The notes: generated by a model from the sequence alone, not told the origin. Counted from the stretch's first letter, positions 30,605 to 40,852 are shown. The stretch is DNA of 64,000 bases from an uncultured Chloroflexia bacterium (GCA_963813535.1 CAWEZH010000002.1:864001-928000), one strand, 5' to 3'. Numbers and translations are program-made.

Positions 30605-31659
30605 CCCGCGCTCGGCTCCCAGCGCACGGGCCGCCCGGCTGCCTTGCGGACCGCGAGCGCGCTGATGGCCTCGAGTGCCGCGCGGTTCGCCGCCATGGCG
30701 GTCGCCTCAGCGTGGTCGTACGGTGGCGACACCTCCACGATGTCCATCCCCGCGAGGTCGACCGCACCGACGATCTGGCGGACGGCCCGAAGGACCTCTC
30801 GCGTCAGCATGCCGCCGGGTTCCGGTGTCCCCGTGCCCGGCGCCATCCCCGGGTCGATCACGTCGATGTCGAGGCTCAGGTAGACGTAGTCCGGGCCGTC
30901 GAGCGCCTCCTCGATCGCCTGGGCGATGACCGACTCGGCGCCGCGTTCCTCGATCTCGCGCATGAAGTGGTAGCGCAGGCCGTTCGACTTCATCCATTCG
31001 AACGTCTCGACCGGCGGCCAGTAGCCACGGAGCCCGACCTGGACGAAGTTCCGGCCGGCCACCGCGCCAGACTCGACCAGTCGGCGCATCGGGGTGCCGT
31101 GCCCGGCCAGCACGCCCCAGTCGTCGTTCGCGGTATCCGCGTGGGCATCGAAATGGACGATGCCGATGCTGCCCGGGCGGCGCACCTCGGCGACGGCCGT
31201 CGCGGACGGCCAGGTGATCGAATGATCGCCACCCAGGACGATCGGGATCGCGCCGGTATCGGCCACCTCGCGGACCTTCCGATAGATGAGGGCATGGGCG
31301 CGCTCGATCCAGGCCGGGATGATGTTCGCGTCGCCCGCGTCGACGACGTCGAGGATCTCGAACGGCTCGACGTCGAGCTGTAGCGAGTTGATGGAGCCGG
31401 AGGTGTACTGCGCCTGGCGGATCGCGCGCGGCCCGAACCGTGCCCCCGAGCGATGACTCACCGCGTCGTCGAACGGCGCGCCGATGATCGCCACGTCGGC
31501 CTTGCGTGCCGCAAGCTCGGCGGCGTCGGTGATCCACGGCAGCTTCATGAAGCTCACGCCGCCGACGTAGGTCGGCAGCTCGAAGTCGGTGAACGTCTCG
31601 AATTCGCGATCCCAGCCGTTCATGGCCGCGAAGTCGGGGTCGTGGGGGCGCTCGGCCAC
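30601..31659 (-). CDS. speB: Agmatinase / ureohydrolase
   Basis: GARFGPRAIR, GGDHS, DAHAD, SLDIDVIDP, GTGTPEPGG, EVSPPYD; GGAGG SD. Confidence 0.88.
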   Translation of the reverse strand: MAERPHDPDFAAMNGWDREFETFTDFELPTYVGGVSFMKLPWITDAAELAARKADVAIIGAPFDDAVSHRSGARFGPRAIRQAQYTSGSINSLQLDVEPFEILDVVDAGDANIIPAWIERAHALIYRKVREVADTGAIPIVLGGDHSITWPSATAVAEVRRPGSIGIVHFDAHADTANDDWGVLAGHGTPMRRLVESGAVAGRNFVQVGLRGYWPPVETFEWMKSNGLRYHFMREIEERGAESVIAQAIEEALDGPDYVYLSLDIDVIDPGMAPGTGTPEPGGMLTREVLRAVRQIVGAVDLAGMDIVEVSPPYDHAEATAMAANRAALEAISALAVRKAAGRPVRWEPSAG

Positions 31660-31804
31660 GTGGTCCTCCCGGAGACGGGCGCGGTCCGCTGTGGGGCCGC
31701 GGGATGGACGGATCCGTCTCGTTCGGGGCGCCGCCGGTTCGCGATCGAGCGTCCAGCGGGGCGCGCCGGCGCGATGGTACACCCCGGCGTGCGCCCGGCC
31801 CGCC

Positions 31805-33007
31805 TCAGTCGTCCCGGAACGCGGCCCATGCGGCGTCGACCAGAGACGCGTCCAGGAACAGGTCGACCGCCGTCTGCGCGACGAGCGTGGCGGCGAGCAG
31901 CGTCGTCTCGTCGGCACGCCGCGAGACCGAAGCGTCGCGGAATGCCGTCGAATGTCCGGCCACGCCCTCGTCGCAGATGGCGAGGTCGGGATGGATGGTC
32001 GGGCAGACCCAGCTGACGTTGGCCATGTCGGTGCTGCCCGCGTTCGGGTCGTCGCCCATGTCCTCGACGCCGTATGCAGCCATGTTGGCTCGGAAGCGTT
32101 CGACCAGCGGGCGGTTGTTGCGCATCGTCGTCGCGCCGCCCGAGTATGTGACATCGACGGTCGTGCCGGTGGCCAGCGCCGCGCCCTCGGCGATCCGCGT
32201 GAATTGCGCCTTCATCTCCTCGTAGTACCCGCTGTCGGTGCTTCGCAGCATGAACCACGCCGAGGTCCGGTCCGGGATGATGTTGGCAGCCGTCCCGCCC
32301 TCGCTGATGATCCCGTGGACCCGAGCGTCCGGATGCAGCTGCTGGCGCCACAGGCCGACCGACGAGAAGAGCTGGATCATCGCGTCCAGCGCGTTCTTGC
32401 CCTTCCACGGGTCGGAGGAAGCGTGGGCCTGCAGCCCGTGGAACACGACCTCGACGTCCTCCGAGGCGAGCGGATAGCTCTCGACGTGGGTCCGGTCGCA
32501 CGGGTGGTAGAGCAGTGCCGCATCGATGCCTTCGAAGAGGCCGTCGTCGATCATGATCTGCTTGCCGCTGCCCCGCTCCTCGGCCGGCGTGCCGAGGAAG
32601 ACGATCTCGCCCGGCAGTTCGTCGGCGATGGAGGCGAGGGCGATCGCGGCCCCGACCCCCGACGCCGCCATGGTGTTGTGACCACAACCGTGGCCGAGAC
32701 CCGGTAACGCGTCGTACTCGGCGAGGATGCCGACCCTCGGGCCATCTCCGCCACGGGACCCGCGGCGGACCGCTCGGACCGCGGTCGCAAGGCTGCCGGC
32801 GGGATGCTCGACCTCGAACCCGTGCCGCCTGAGGACCTCCGCCACCCAGGCCGAGGCGTGATGTTCCTCGAAGGCCGGTTCGGGATCCGCATGGATCCGA
32901 TGCGAGAGGTCGATGATCTCGTCCCGGGCGGCCTCGACAGCGGCGGCGACGCGAGCCTTGACGTCGGTGAAGGGTTCGGCGGGGCGTACGGCGGTTCGGT
33001 CGGGCAC
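31805..33007 (-). CDS. M20-family amidohydrolase (ACY1L2/AbgB-like)
   Basis: PEPAFEE, AEYDALPGLGHGCGHN, GTPAEE, GKNALD, GSTDMANVS. Confidence 0.9.
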   Translation of the reverse strand: MPDRTAVRPAEPFTDVKARVAAAVEAARDEIIDLSHRIHADPEPAFEEHHASAWVAEVLRRHGFEVEHPAGSLATAVRAVRRGSRGGDGPRVGILAEYDALPGLGHGCGHNTMAASGVGAAIALASIADELPGEIVFLGTPAEERGSGKQIMIDDGLFEGIDAALLYHPCDRTHVESYPLASEDVEVVFHGLQAHASSDPWKGKNALDAMIQLFSSVGLWRQQLHPDARVHGIISEGGTAANIIPDRTSAWFMLRSTDSGYYEEMKAQFTRIAEGAALATGTTVDVTYSGGATTMRNNRPLVERFRANMAAYGVEDMGDDPNAGSTDMANVSWVCPTIHPDLAICDEGVAGHSTAFRDASVSRRADETTLLAATLVAQTAVDLFLDASLVDAAWAAFRDD

Positions 33008-33087
33008 TGGTCCTCCTGGCAAGCTGGGCATCGGACCGACTGGGACTGGTCCGACGGCGGATGGTACGGCGGCTCGCCGCACCGTGC

Positions 33088-33462
33088 TCAGCGCTCGGCG
33101 GACAGGGTGGCCTCGGCGACCGCCGCCAGGGCCAGGATGAACAGGGCGATCGGCAGCTCGAGCGCCGACTGGAGCCTGAGCACGATGAAGATCGCGACGA
33201 TCAGGCCGATCCAGCCTCCTCGACGTGCGGCGCGGACCCAGTCGCCGCGGTAAGCGATCCGGCGATGCCGGCCGAACACCAGCAGCCACGCGATGGGGGT
33301 CATCGTCAGCGCGATCGCGAGACCGATGAGCGCCGCCCCGACGAACCCGGCAACGGGCTCGGCGACCGGGTCGCGGGTCGTCACGATCAGCGCGACGAGA
33401 CCCCAGACGATGACGGCCGCGCCGAAGATCGCCAGGTTCACCAGTCGGTCGCGGGGCTCCAT
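33088..33462 (-). CDS. Hypothetical four-TM membrane protein
   Basis: Hydrophobic helices, AARRG; TAGACT box 8 nt upstream of ATG. Confidence 0.75.
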   Translation of the reverse strand: MEPRDRLVNLAIFGAAVIVWGLVALIVTTRDPVAEPVAGFVGAALIGLAIALTMTPIAWLLVFGRHRRIAYRGDWVRAARRGGWIGLIVAIFIVLRLQSALELPIALFILALAAVAEATLSAER

Positions 33463-33501
33463 GACGAGCGAGTCTAGGGCGCTGCCGCCCCCGCCACGGT
33501 C

Positions 33502-36500
33502 CTATCTCGGCCGGGCCACGCTCGATGGACAGATATCGCGGAACGGGCAGTAACTGCACGCCATCGGGTCCGGCGTGGCATCGAAGCGTCCTGCGCGGAT
33601 GCCACTCGCCACCGTCGAGATCTGCGTCCGCGCCTTGGCCACCCGCTTCGGATCGACGTCGACCTTGCCGACGAGCCCCGAGTCGAGGAAGTGGAGGGCG
33701 ACCTGGTCGGGCAGGCGGCCGGTCATGGCCTCGTAGCCCATCGCATAGATCTGGAGTTGGAGCGAGTCCCGCGCGCGCTGGCGGGCCTTGGCCGGGTCGC
33801 GCACGTCGGACGTCTTGTAATCGGTGATCGTCACTCGTTCGCGACCCATGATCCCGAGCGTCGGTGTCACGACATCGGCCGTCTGGGCGAGCACTTCCGT
33901 GGCGGAGGGCTGGCTCGTGGCAGCAGGCTCGTCTGCATCGGCAGCGACCTGTTCGATGTCCACCCGGTCCCACCTGCCACGGATCCGGTCGCCATCGAGA
34001 TCGAACGCGAACTCGCGCTCGACGTAGGTCGGGATCACCGCCTCCGGCCGTAGTTGCTCCTCGCGGAAGCGCCGAAGGGCCGAACGCGCCGCCTCGAGCC
34101 GTGCCTCTTCGTGCTCGCGGCTGACGAAGCCCTCGTTGGTCCACGCCGCGTCGAGCACCTCGTCGAGCTCGGCCTCGGACATGACCTGGCCACGTGCATG
34201 GCGGTGGTGGAAGACCTGGACGACCTTGTGCAGAGCCGCGCCATAGATGAGCGCGTGATGCGGCGCCACCGGGATGCGCAGCACATGCGCGTACTTGTAG
34301 CGAAGCGGACAGCTGAGGTACGCGTCGACCTGACCGAAGCTCAGCATCAGCGGCTCGTCACGTCGGACACGAGGAGCCGGCGCCGGGAGATCGACGGTCG
34401 CGAACGTGGCAAGCCGTTCCTCGGGCGCCGGCGCGACCGCCCCGAGACCCGGCGCGACCTCCGCGGCCGGCAGATCGAGGGCCTCGAGCACGAACGGCGA
34501 GACGCGTCGCGCGCGGGCGCCGCCGTAGTCGGCCGCGTGGCTCAGAATCAACTCGTCCCGTGCCCGGGTCATCGCCACGTAGCAGAGGCGTCGCTCCTCG
34601 GCGACCGCCCGCTCGGGCGTCATCGGTTCGCCACGGCCCAGCCCGGCCGGGAGCGGCAGCGGTTCGCCGCGGCCATTGCCCGGGAAACGGCCCGCCACCA
34701 GACCCGGCAGGTAGACGACCGGGAATTCCAGGCCCTTCGCCTTGTGGATCGTGAGGACGGCCACCGCGTCGGCGTCAGGGTCGAGATCAGCTGTCGCGGG
34801 ATCGTCGCCCGCGTCGATCAGGGTCTGGAGATGCTGCGCGACGAAGACCGCCCGGTCGTCGGCGAGGACCGCGGACTGGGCCCGGATCAGGTCGAAGAAC
34901 CGGGCGATGTTGCCGAGCCCCTCATCGGCCGCCGTGGTCGCGGTCGCTGCGAGCCGGGCGAGCAGCCCGCTGTCACGCAGGAAGGCGTACAGCACTTCGC
35001 CGGCGGGCCGCTCCTGGGCCATGACGGCGAACCGGGTGATGTCCGCCACCAGTCGGCGGATGGCCGCGCGTGAGGGCTCGGCCAGCCGCAGGATGCCGGG
35101 CTGCTGCTCGAGCTCCACCACCACGTCCCACGTCGACCGGTTGCGCCGGCGCGCCATGTTGACGATGGCGGAGAGATCCTCGGCGCCGACCGCATATACC
35201 TCGGACGACGCAAGGGCATACAGATCCACGCTCGAGTGCGGGTCGGCGACCGACCGAAGGAAGGCCAGGAGCAACCGGACTTCGGGCCGGGTGTAGAGGC
35301 CGGACGAACCGGAGAACCGCCACGGGACGCCGGCGACGTTGAGGGCGCGCAGGACCGGATCGGCGTGACCGTTCGCCCTGACGAGGACCGCGTGATCGCG
35401 CGGCGGGGCACCCTCGGCGACCCGACGTGCGATGTCCGCGGCGATCCAGTCGGCCTCCTCCGATCCCGTGACGAAGGCCTCCAGTCGCACCCGCGCCGGC
35501 GAGGGCTCGCGGCGCTCCGCCTTGAGACGTTTGGTCAGGCCGGTACGTACCTCCAACCGATCCGGGTCGTTGAACCGGACCAGCCGGTACGCCGCATCGA
35601 GGATCGGTGCCAGGGATCGATAGTTGCGGCGGAGGACGACCGTCCGTGCATCCGGGTAGCGGAGACCGAACCCGAGGATGTTGTCGATCGCCGCACCCCG
35701 GAACGCGTAGATCGCCTGGTCGTCATCGCCGACGACCGTCACGTTCCGGTGCGCCTCCGCGAGCAAGGTGACCAACTCGGCCTGGGCGCGGTTCGTGTCC
35801 TGGAACTCGTCCACGAGGATGTAGCGGAACCGGCCGGCGATCGCGCTCCGGGCGGCCGCTGACTCGCGCACCAGCTGCAGCGCCTGCGCGACCTGGTCCC
35901 CGAAGTCGATGAACCCGTTCGCCGCTAGAAGCTCCTGGTAGCGCGCATAGGCGCGCGCGAGCTCGCCCTGCCGGGCGGCCTCCTCGGCTGGTCCGGCGGC
36001 GGCATCGATCCCGGCTGTCTCGGCGAGCGCCGCCGCCTCCGCCGTCAGCCGGCTCGCATGGTCGATGTACGCGTCCGGGGTGACGTCCTCGTCCTTGCAG
36101 CGGCTGAACAACGTCACGAGGGCAGCCAGGAATCGGGTCGGGTCGCCGAGCGGCCGATAGGCGTCGAGCTCGAATTCGAACAGGTGCTCGCGGAGGAAGA
36201 TGACGCATTCGGCGCGCGACAGCACGCGCACGTCGGGCGGCAGGCCCAGCTCGAGGGCGTGCTCGCGGATCAGCCGGTCTCCGAACGCATGGAAGGTCGA
36301 GATCGCGGTGTCCGTGTAGCCGTATGGCGCCAGCTGGTCGACGCGAACGGTCATCTCGTCGGCCGCCTTGTCGGTGAACGTGAGGGCCAGGATCTCCGAG
36401 GGCTTGGCGCGTCGGGTGGCGATGAGCCAGGCGATCCGGCGGGTGATGACCTGGGTCTTCCCCGTGCCAGCGCCTGCCACGACGAGCAGCGGCCCATCCT

Positions 36501-36723
36501 CGTGTGTCACCGCGCGACGCTGGTCGGGATCGAGCCCGCCCAGCAGGCCATCCATGCCGTCGGGCACCGCAGCGCCCGCGACAGCGGGGTCCATGACGGG
36601 GACGAGCTCCCGCCATGCGGGGATCTGCTCCAGCGGCACCGGTCCGCGGCGACGAGCCCGGACCGTCGGCCGTGTCACGGTGCGGGGCGCGGGAGGTGCT
36701 GTCGGGTCGACGGTGGGGGCCAT
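33502..36723 (-). CDS. UvrD/PcrA-type SF1 helicase fused to a PD-(D/E)XK RecB-like nuclease
   Basis: AGAGTGKT, TFTDKAA, DEFQD, VGDDDQAIYAFRGA, NYRS, TIHKAKGLEF, EERRLCYVAMTRA; C-terminal CPLRY...DRVD...DYK...QLQIY...CSYCPFRDIC. Confidence 0.92.
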   Translation of the reverse strand: MAPTVDPTAPPAPRTVTRPTVRARRRGPVPLEQIPAWRELVPVMDPAVAGAAVPDGMDGLLGGLDPDQRRAVTHEDGPLLVVAGAGTGKTQVITRRIAWLIATRRAKPSEILALTFTDKAADEMTVRVDQLAPYGYTDTAISTFHAFGDRLIREHALELGLPPDVRVLSRAECVIFLREHLFEFELDAYRPLGDPTRFLAALVTLFSRCKDEDVTPDAYIDHASRLTAEAAALAETAGIDAAAGPAEEAARQGELARAYARYQELLAANGFIDFGDQVAQALQLVRESAAARSAIAGRFRYILVDEFQDTNRAQAELVTLLAEAHRNVTVVGDDDQAIYAFRGAAIDNILGFGLRYPDARTVVLRRNYRSLAPILDAAYRLVRFNDPDRLEVRTGLTKRLKAERREPSPARVRLEAFVTGSEEADWIAADIARRVAEGAPPRDHAVLVRANGHADPVLRALNVAGVPWRFSGSSGLYTRPEVRLLLAFLRSVADPHSSVDLYALASSEVYAVGAEDLSAIVNMARRRNRSTWDVVVELEQQPGILRLAEPSRAAIRRLVADITRFAVMAQERPAGEVLYAFLRDSGLLARLAATATTAADEGLGNIARFFDLIRAQSAVLADDRAVFVAQHLQTLIDAGDDPATADLDPDADAVAVLTIHKAKGLEFPVVYLPGLVAGRFPGNGRGEPLPLPAGLGRGEPMTPERAVAEERRLCYVAMTRARDELILSHAADYGGARARRVSPFVLEALDLPAAEVAPGLGAVAPAPEERLATFATVDLPAPAPRVRRDEPLMLSFGQVDAYLSCPLRYKYAHVLRIPVAPHHALIYGAALHKVVQVFHHRHARGQVMSEAELDEVLDAAWTNEGFVSREHEEARLEAARSALRRFREEQLRPEAVIPTYVEREFAFDLDGDRIRGRWDRVDIEQVAADADEPAATSQPSATEVLAQTADVVTPTLGIMGRERVTITDYKTSDVRDPAKARQRARDSLQLQIYAMGYEAMTGRLPDQVALHFLDSGLVGKVDVDPKRVAKARTQISTVASGIRAGRFDATPDPMACSYCPFRDICPSSVARPR

Positions 36724-36760
36724 GTGCGGACCATCGCCGACCGCCGTGACACCTAGGCTG

Positions 36761-37231
36761 TCAGGCCGTCGCCTGCTTGATCGCCGCGGTCTCCTCGTCC
36801 GACAGCGCGCCATCCGAGCGGCCCGCCCGGATGGCCTTGGCGTAGACGCGCGTGCCCGTGCGCGCGTGCAGGCTCGACAGGACCCAGCCGTTGCCCTCGG
36901 CGTCGAGCAGCGCCAGCGCGAAGCTCTGGTTGCCGCCGGTGTCCTCGAACGGATTGAACCGCACGAGGCCGACACGTTGGAAGGCCCGAGGTGCCGCCGC
37001 CTCCAACCGGCTCGTCCGCGTGTCCAGCCGATCGACGACCTGGCCGAGCACGTGGACGCGTTCGAGGTGCGCGCCCAGTACGTCGCCGAGGTCGCCGTCC
37101 TCGCCTCGCGTCAGCCCCGTCAGCCTCGTCCGGAGGGTGCTCACTTGCCGGCCGAGCCAGGCCACCAGCACGAGGAGGATCAGGACGACGACGACAAGCC
37201 CGATGACGATCGTTTCGATGTTCGAGGACAC
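36761..37231 (-). CDS. DUF4446-family protein
   Basis: N-terminal TM; VGLVRFNPFEDTGGNQSFALALLD..G, RVYAK, LSDEE. Confidence 0.85.
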   Translation of the reverse strand: MSSNIETIVIGLVVVVLILLVLVAWLGRQVSTLRTRLTGLTRGEDGDLGDVLGAHLERVHVLGQVVDRLDTRTSRLEAAAPRAFQRVGLVRFNPFEDTGGNQSFALALLDAEGNGWVLSSLHARTGTRVYAKAIRAGRSDGALSDEETAAIKQATA

Positions 37232-37421
37232 CTGTGAGGTCAGGTCGATCGGTCGATCCTCCGAGGGCTGGGGGTCGGCGCGAGTCTAGCAGTCGACCCT
37301 GCACGGCCACCCATCGGAGCGCCCACAGCGGCGGTGCTATCCTCTGCCGCTGGGCAGGCAGGCCGCATCGACCGCGACGCCACCGCCGATCCACGACCGT
37401 CCCGGAGGATCACTCGCGACC

Positions 37422-37820
37422 ATGGCGAAGCGTCTACGCGGCAGCTCGACCCGCCCCGGCCAACGGGCACGACTGCAGCGCCGCGCGCCGAGCTCGCGCC
37501 CTTCGGCCCAGCCCACGTCGCCCGCTCCGACCTCGCTCACCGAGGCCGAGGAAGCGCGTGCAGCCGAGCTCGAAGCCGCGATCGTCGCATCCGAACGCAC
37601 AGCCGAGGCGACGGTCGCGCGCACTCGCGAGCGCTCACGTCGGCAGATGCACGCCGAGTCGACCGGTCCGCGAAGCGGATCGATCGCGCTCCGCGCGAGC
37701 CAGGAATACGCGTACGTCAGTCGCGACGTCCGGCGCATCGTCATCATCGGTGGGTCGTTGATCGGCCTGCTGCTGGGTATCTGGGTCGTCGTCGAGGCGA
37801 CCGGCGTGGGTCCGTTCTGA
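37422..37820 (+). CDS. Hypothetical protein with C-terminal TM helix
   Basis: GGAGG SD; EYAYVSRDVRRI followed by a hydrophobic helix. Confidence 0.7.
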   Translation: MAKRLRGSSTRPGQRARLQRRAPSSRPSAQPTSPAPTSLTEAEEARAAELEAAIVASERTAEATVARTRERSRRQMHAESTGPRSGSIALRASQEYAYVSRDVRRIVIIGGSLIGLLLGIWVVVEATGVGPF

Positions 37821-37835
37821 CCGACGCCCTGGAAC

Positions 37836-38402
37836 TCAACCCCGGATCGGCTCGTAACCAAGGTGCAGGGCGCCGCTCGCGAACGTGTGCGTGGCGACGA
37901 GCCGGAGGCGGAGCGGCGTGTCGAGCTTCGGGAAGAACGGCGTGCCCGCGCCGAGCGCGACGGGGTGGACGACCAGGTCGTAGCGGTCGATCAGGCCGCG
38001 CTCGATGAACGCCCGGGCGAGGGTCGCGCCGCTGATGTCCAGGTCTCCCGAGAACTCGTCGCGGATGCGAGTCAGCTCTTCGACGGCGTCGCCGCGCACG
38101 AGCCGGCAGTTCGAGACCACCTCAGCCAGCGTGGATGAGAAGACGATCTTCGGCTTCGCGTTCCAGCTCCTGGCGTAGTCGAGCATGAAGTCGGTGGCGG
38201 CCGGGTCCGACTCGGCCGTCGGCCAGTACGCCGCCATGCCCTCGTAGAGCCGCCGACCATAGACCAGGGCGTCCGCGTCACGGACGCGGTCCCCGAACCA
38301 GCGATGGATCTCCTCGTTCACGGTCGTCCAATCGAGTGCGTGGTCGGGGGTCTCGACGAAGCCGTCGAGCGAGACATTCATCAGGTATACGAGCCGGCCC
38401 AT
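37836..38402 (-). CDS. Dihydrofolate reductase / RibD C-terminal family protein
   Basis: MNVSLDGF, YGRRLYE, YWPT, KIVFSSTL, HPVALGAG. Confidence 0.9.
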   Translation of the reverse strand: MGRLVYLMNVSLDGFVETPDHALDWTTVNEEIHRWFGDRVRDADALVYGRRLYEGMAAYWPTAESDPAATDFMLDYARSWNAKPKIVFSSTLAEVVSNCRLVRGDAVEELTRIRDEFSGDLDISGATLARAFIERGLIDRYDLVVHPVALGAGTPFFPKLDTPLRLRLVATHTFASGALHLGYEPIRG

Positions 38403-38536
38403 GGGCACCTCCACCGCTTGTTGATACGACGTGTCGACTCGGCCGTTCGCGACTCGCGGGCACGAATCCCATCGCCTGCGTGGATTCGATCCGGGCCTGA
38501 CACTGGCTCCACCAAGGAATGTGATCGGAGGTCATC

Positions 38537-38890
38537 ATGGGTGAGTTGATCGGGATCGCTCGATTTCGGTTCCATCCCGGCAAGGTCGAGGAGTACAAGC
38601 GGCTGTCCGCGCAGGCGATGGACATCGTCCGAGCGAAGGAGAGCGGCACCCTGGAGTATGCGATCTACTTCAACGAGGACGAAACCGAGGCAGTCGTGAT
38701 CGAGCGCTTCGCGAGCTCCGAGGCGCTGATCGAGCACGGCGCGAACATGAGCGAGATATCGCCGGCGGTCCTCGCGACGGGGACCGTCGAGGGCGAGCTC
38801 CTCGGTGAGCCGAACGCGGAGCTTCGCGCGAATCTCACGGGACCTGAGCCGGAGCTGTTCACGCCGTTCATGTCGCTGAAACCTAGATAG
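38537..38890 (+). CDS. Antibiotic biosynthesis monooxygenase-like (dimeric alpha/beta barrel) protein
   Basis: GGAGG SD; VRAKESGTLEY, VIERFASSEALIEH. Confidence 0.75.
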   Translation: MGELIGIARFRFHPGKVEEYKRLSAQAMDIVRAKESGTLEYAIYFNEDETEAVVIERFASSEALIEHGANMSEISPAVLATGTVEGELLGEPNAELRANLTGPEPELFTPFMSLKPR

Positions 38891-38940
38891 GCGTCCTACA
38901 CCTTAACTTCGGTACCCACGGTCGGCCCTAGACTGGCCAC

Positions 38941-40443
38941 ATGCCGACCACCCGTCCCAAGGCAGGCGGCGTCAGACCTCAACCGCTGTTCCAACCGCCC
39001 CCGGGCGCGCAGCCGCTCGCAGCGCGCATGCGACCGCGCGATCTGGACGAGTTCGTCGGGCAGGAGCACCTGGTCGGCGAACGGGGACCGTTGCGCCGTT
39101 CACTCGCTCGGGGACACCTTGCGTCGATCGTCCTGTGGGGCCCGCCCGGCACCGGCAAGACGACGCTCGCACGGCTGCTGGCGGATGCGATCGGCGCCGA
39201 GATGATCGCCATTTCCGCTGTCTCGTCCGGCGTCGCCGAGGTCCGGGGAGCGGTCGCGCAGGCCCAGGACCGGTTGTCGATGAACGGCCAGCGCACCGTC
39301 CTGTTCATCGACGAGATCCACCGCTTCAACAAGGCCCAGCAGGACGCCCTTCTCCCCTACGTGGAGGACGGCACCATCACCCTGACCGGAACGACCACCG
39401 AGAACCCGTATTTCGAGGTGAATTCGGCGCTCCTGTCGCGGATGCGCGTCTGGCGACTCGAAGCGCTGACCGACGAGGACGTCGGGACGGTCGTCCACCG
39501 CGCACTCGAGGACGACCAGCGCGGCCTCGCCGGTTCGCTCGGCCCGGAGGGCGGGGTCGCCCTGGCAGAGGATGCCTTCGATCACCTGGTCGGGCTGGCC
39601 GGAGGCGACGCACGATCGGCGTTGAACGTCCTCGAGGGGGCCGTCGCGCTCGCGGAATCGGAGGGTGTCCGCGACACGGACGGCAAGGTCACGCCTCGAC
39701 TCGAGGACGTCGAGGCGGCGGCACAGCAGCGCGTGCTGGCGTACGACCGGGCGGGTGACGGTCACTACGACACCGTCTCGGCGTTCATCAAGAGCCTGCG
39801 GGGCAACGATCCGGATGCGGCGCTGTACTGGCTGGCCTCGATGGTCGCTGCCGGCGAGGACCCGCAATTCATCGCCCGACGGCTGATCATCTCCGCGTCG
39901 GAGGACGTCGGCAACGCCGATCCGCGGGCGCTCCAGGTTGCGGTGGCAGCGGCTCAGGCGCTCGACCACGTCGGGCTCCCGGAGGCGCAGTACGCACTGG
40001 CGCAGGCGACGACGTACATCGCCACCGCCCCGAAGTCGAACCGGTCGGGCTCGGCGTATTGGGCGGCCGTGAGCGACGTCGAAGGGCGAGGCTCGCTACC
40101 GGTGCCGCTCCACCTCCGCCAGGCGCCGCATCGGCTGATGCGGCAACACGGCATGGGGGTCGGCTATCAGTTCCCGCACGACTTCGAAGAGGCCGATGTC
40201 GCACAGCAATATCTGCCGGACGAGCTTGCGGACCGGCGCTATTACCTGCCGATCGAGCAGGGCTACGAGGCCACCATCGCGGACCGGATGACGGCACGGG
40301 CGGAGAACCGAGCGAGCGGAAAGCCGAAGCGCTCGACGGCGCCCAAGCCGGACGTTGCCAAGGGCGCCGGTGGCGACCTCATGCGGACGCGGGAGGCGAA
40401 CCGCAAGAAGCTGGCCGAGACCGAGAAGCGCGACGCCACTTGA
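38941..40443 (+). CDS. rarA: Replication-associated recombination protein A
   Basis: PLAARMRP, GPPGTGKTT, FIDEIHRFNKAQQD, TTENPYF, SAFIKSLRG, SEDVGNADP, PKSN. Confidence 0.95.
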   Translation: MPTTRPKAGGVRPQPLFQPPPGAQPLAARMRPRDLDEFVGQEHLVGERGPLRRSLARGHLASIVLWGPPGTGKTTLARLLADAIGAEMIAISAVSSGVAEVRGAVAQAQDRLSMNGQRTVLFIDEIHRFNKAQQDALLPYVEDGTITLTGTTTENPYFEVNSALLSRMRVWRLEALTDEDVGTVVHRALEDDQRGLAGSLGPEGGVALAEDAFDHLVGLAGGDARSALNVLEGAVALAESEGVRDTDGKVTPRLEDVEAAAQQRVLAYDRAGDGHYDTVSAFIKSLRGNDPDAALYWLASMVAAGEDPQFIARRLIISASEDVGNADPRALQVAVAAAQALDHVGLPEAQYALAQATTYIATAPKSNRSGSAYWAAVSDVEGRGSLPVPLHLRQAPHRLMRQHGMGVGYQFPHDFEEADVAQQYLPDELADRRYYLPIEQGYEATIADRMTARAENRASGKPKRSTAPKPDVAKGAGGDLMRTREANRKKLAETEKRDAT

Positions 40444-40473
40444 GCCGGCGACGAGCCGCGGCCCAGCCATAGG

Positions 40474-40848
40474 TCAGAGCGGGGTGAGCCGAAGCGTGGA
40501 CTCGACCGAGGATGGGGATGTGACCGACCCAACGACCCTCGGGCCATAGCGGTCGTACTTGGCGTGGTACGCAGCCGTCACGGCGTCTTGCACCTCGTCG
40601 CCCGGCACCTCGAAGGCGACGTCCCGTTCGACGCCGCCCGCTCGGATCCGCCCTCTGCCCGTCGCGACGGTGCCCTGGTACCAGGCCCCTTCGCGACCCT
40701 TGACGGACCGCACGTAGAGATCGTCGCCGGAGCGAACGACCCAGATGGTCACGAACGGGCGGAAGCTGCCGTCGGGGCGTCGCGCGGCGATGTCGATTTC
40801 CTCGGCATCGCCGACACGCGTCAGTTCTTCGGGGGTCCAGGTAGGCAT
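40474..40848 (-). CDS. DUF2255-family protein
   Basis: WTPEEL..EEIDIAARRPDG, TIWVV, LYVRS, AYHAKY. Confidence 0.85.
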   Translation of the reverse strand: MPTWTPEELTRVGDAEEIDIAARRPDGSFRPFVTIWVVRSGDDLYVRSVKGREGAWYQGTVATGRGRIRAGGVERDVAFEVPGDEVQDAVTAAYHAKYDRYGPRVVGSVTSPSSVESTLRLTPL

Positions 40849-40852
40849 TCGA

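Noticed and set aside
31660-31804. Guanidine riboswitch upstream of speB
   Set aside because: No twin ACGR hairpins or ykkC core recognised
33502-36723. Helicase-nuclease as an anti-phage defence system
   Set aside because: Housekeeping context with no defence or mobile genes nearby
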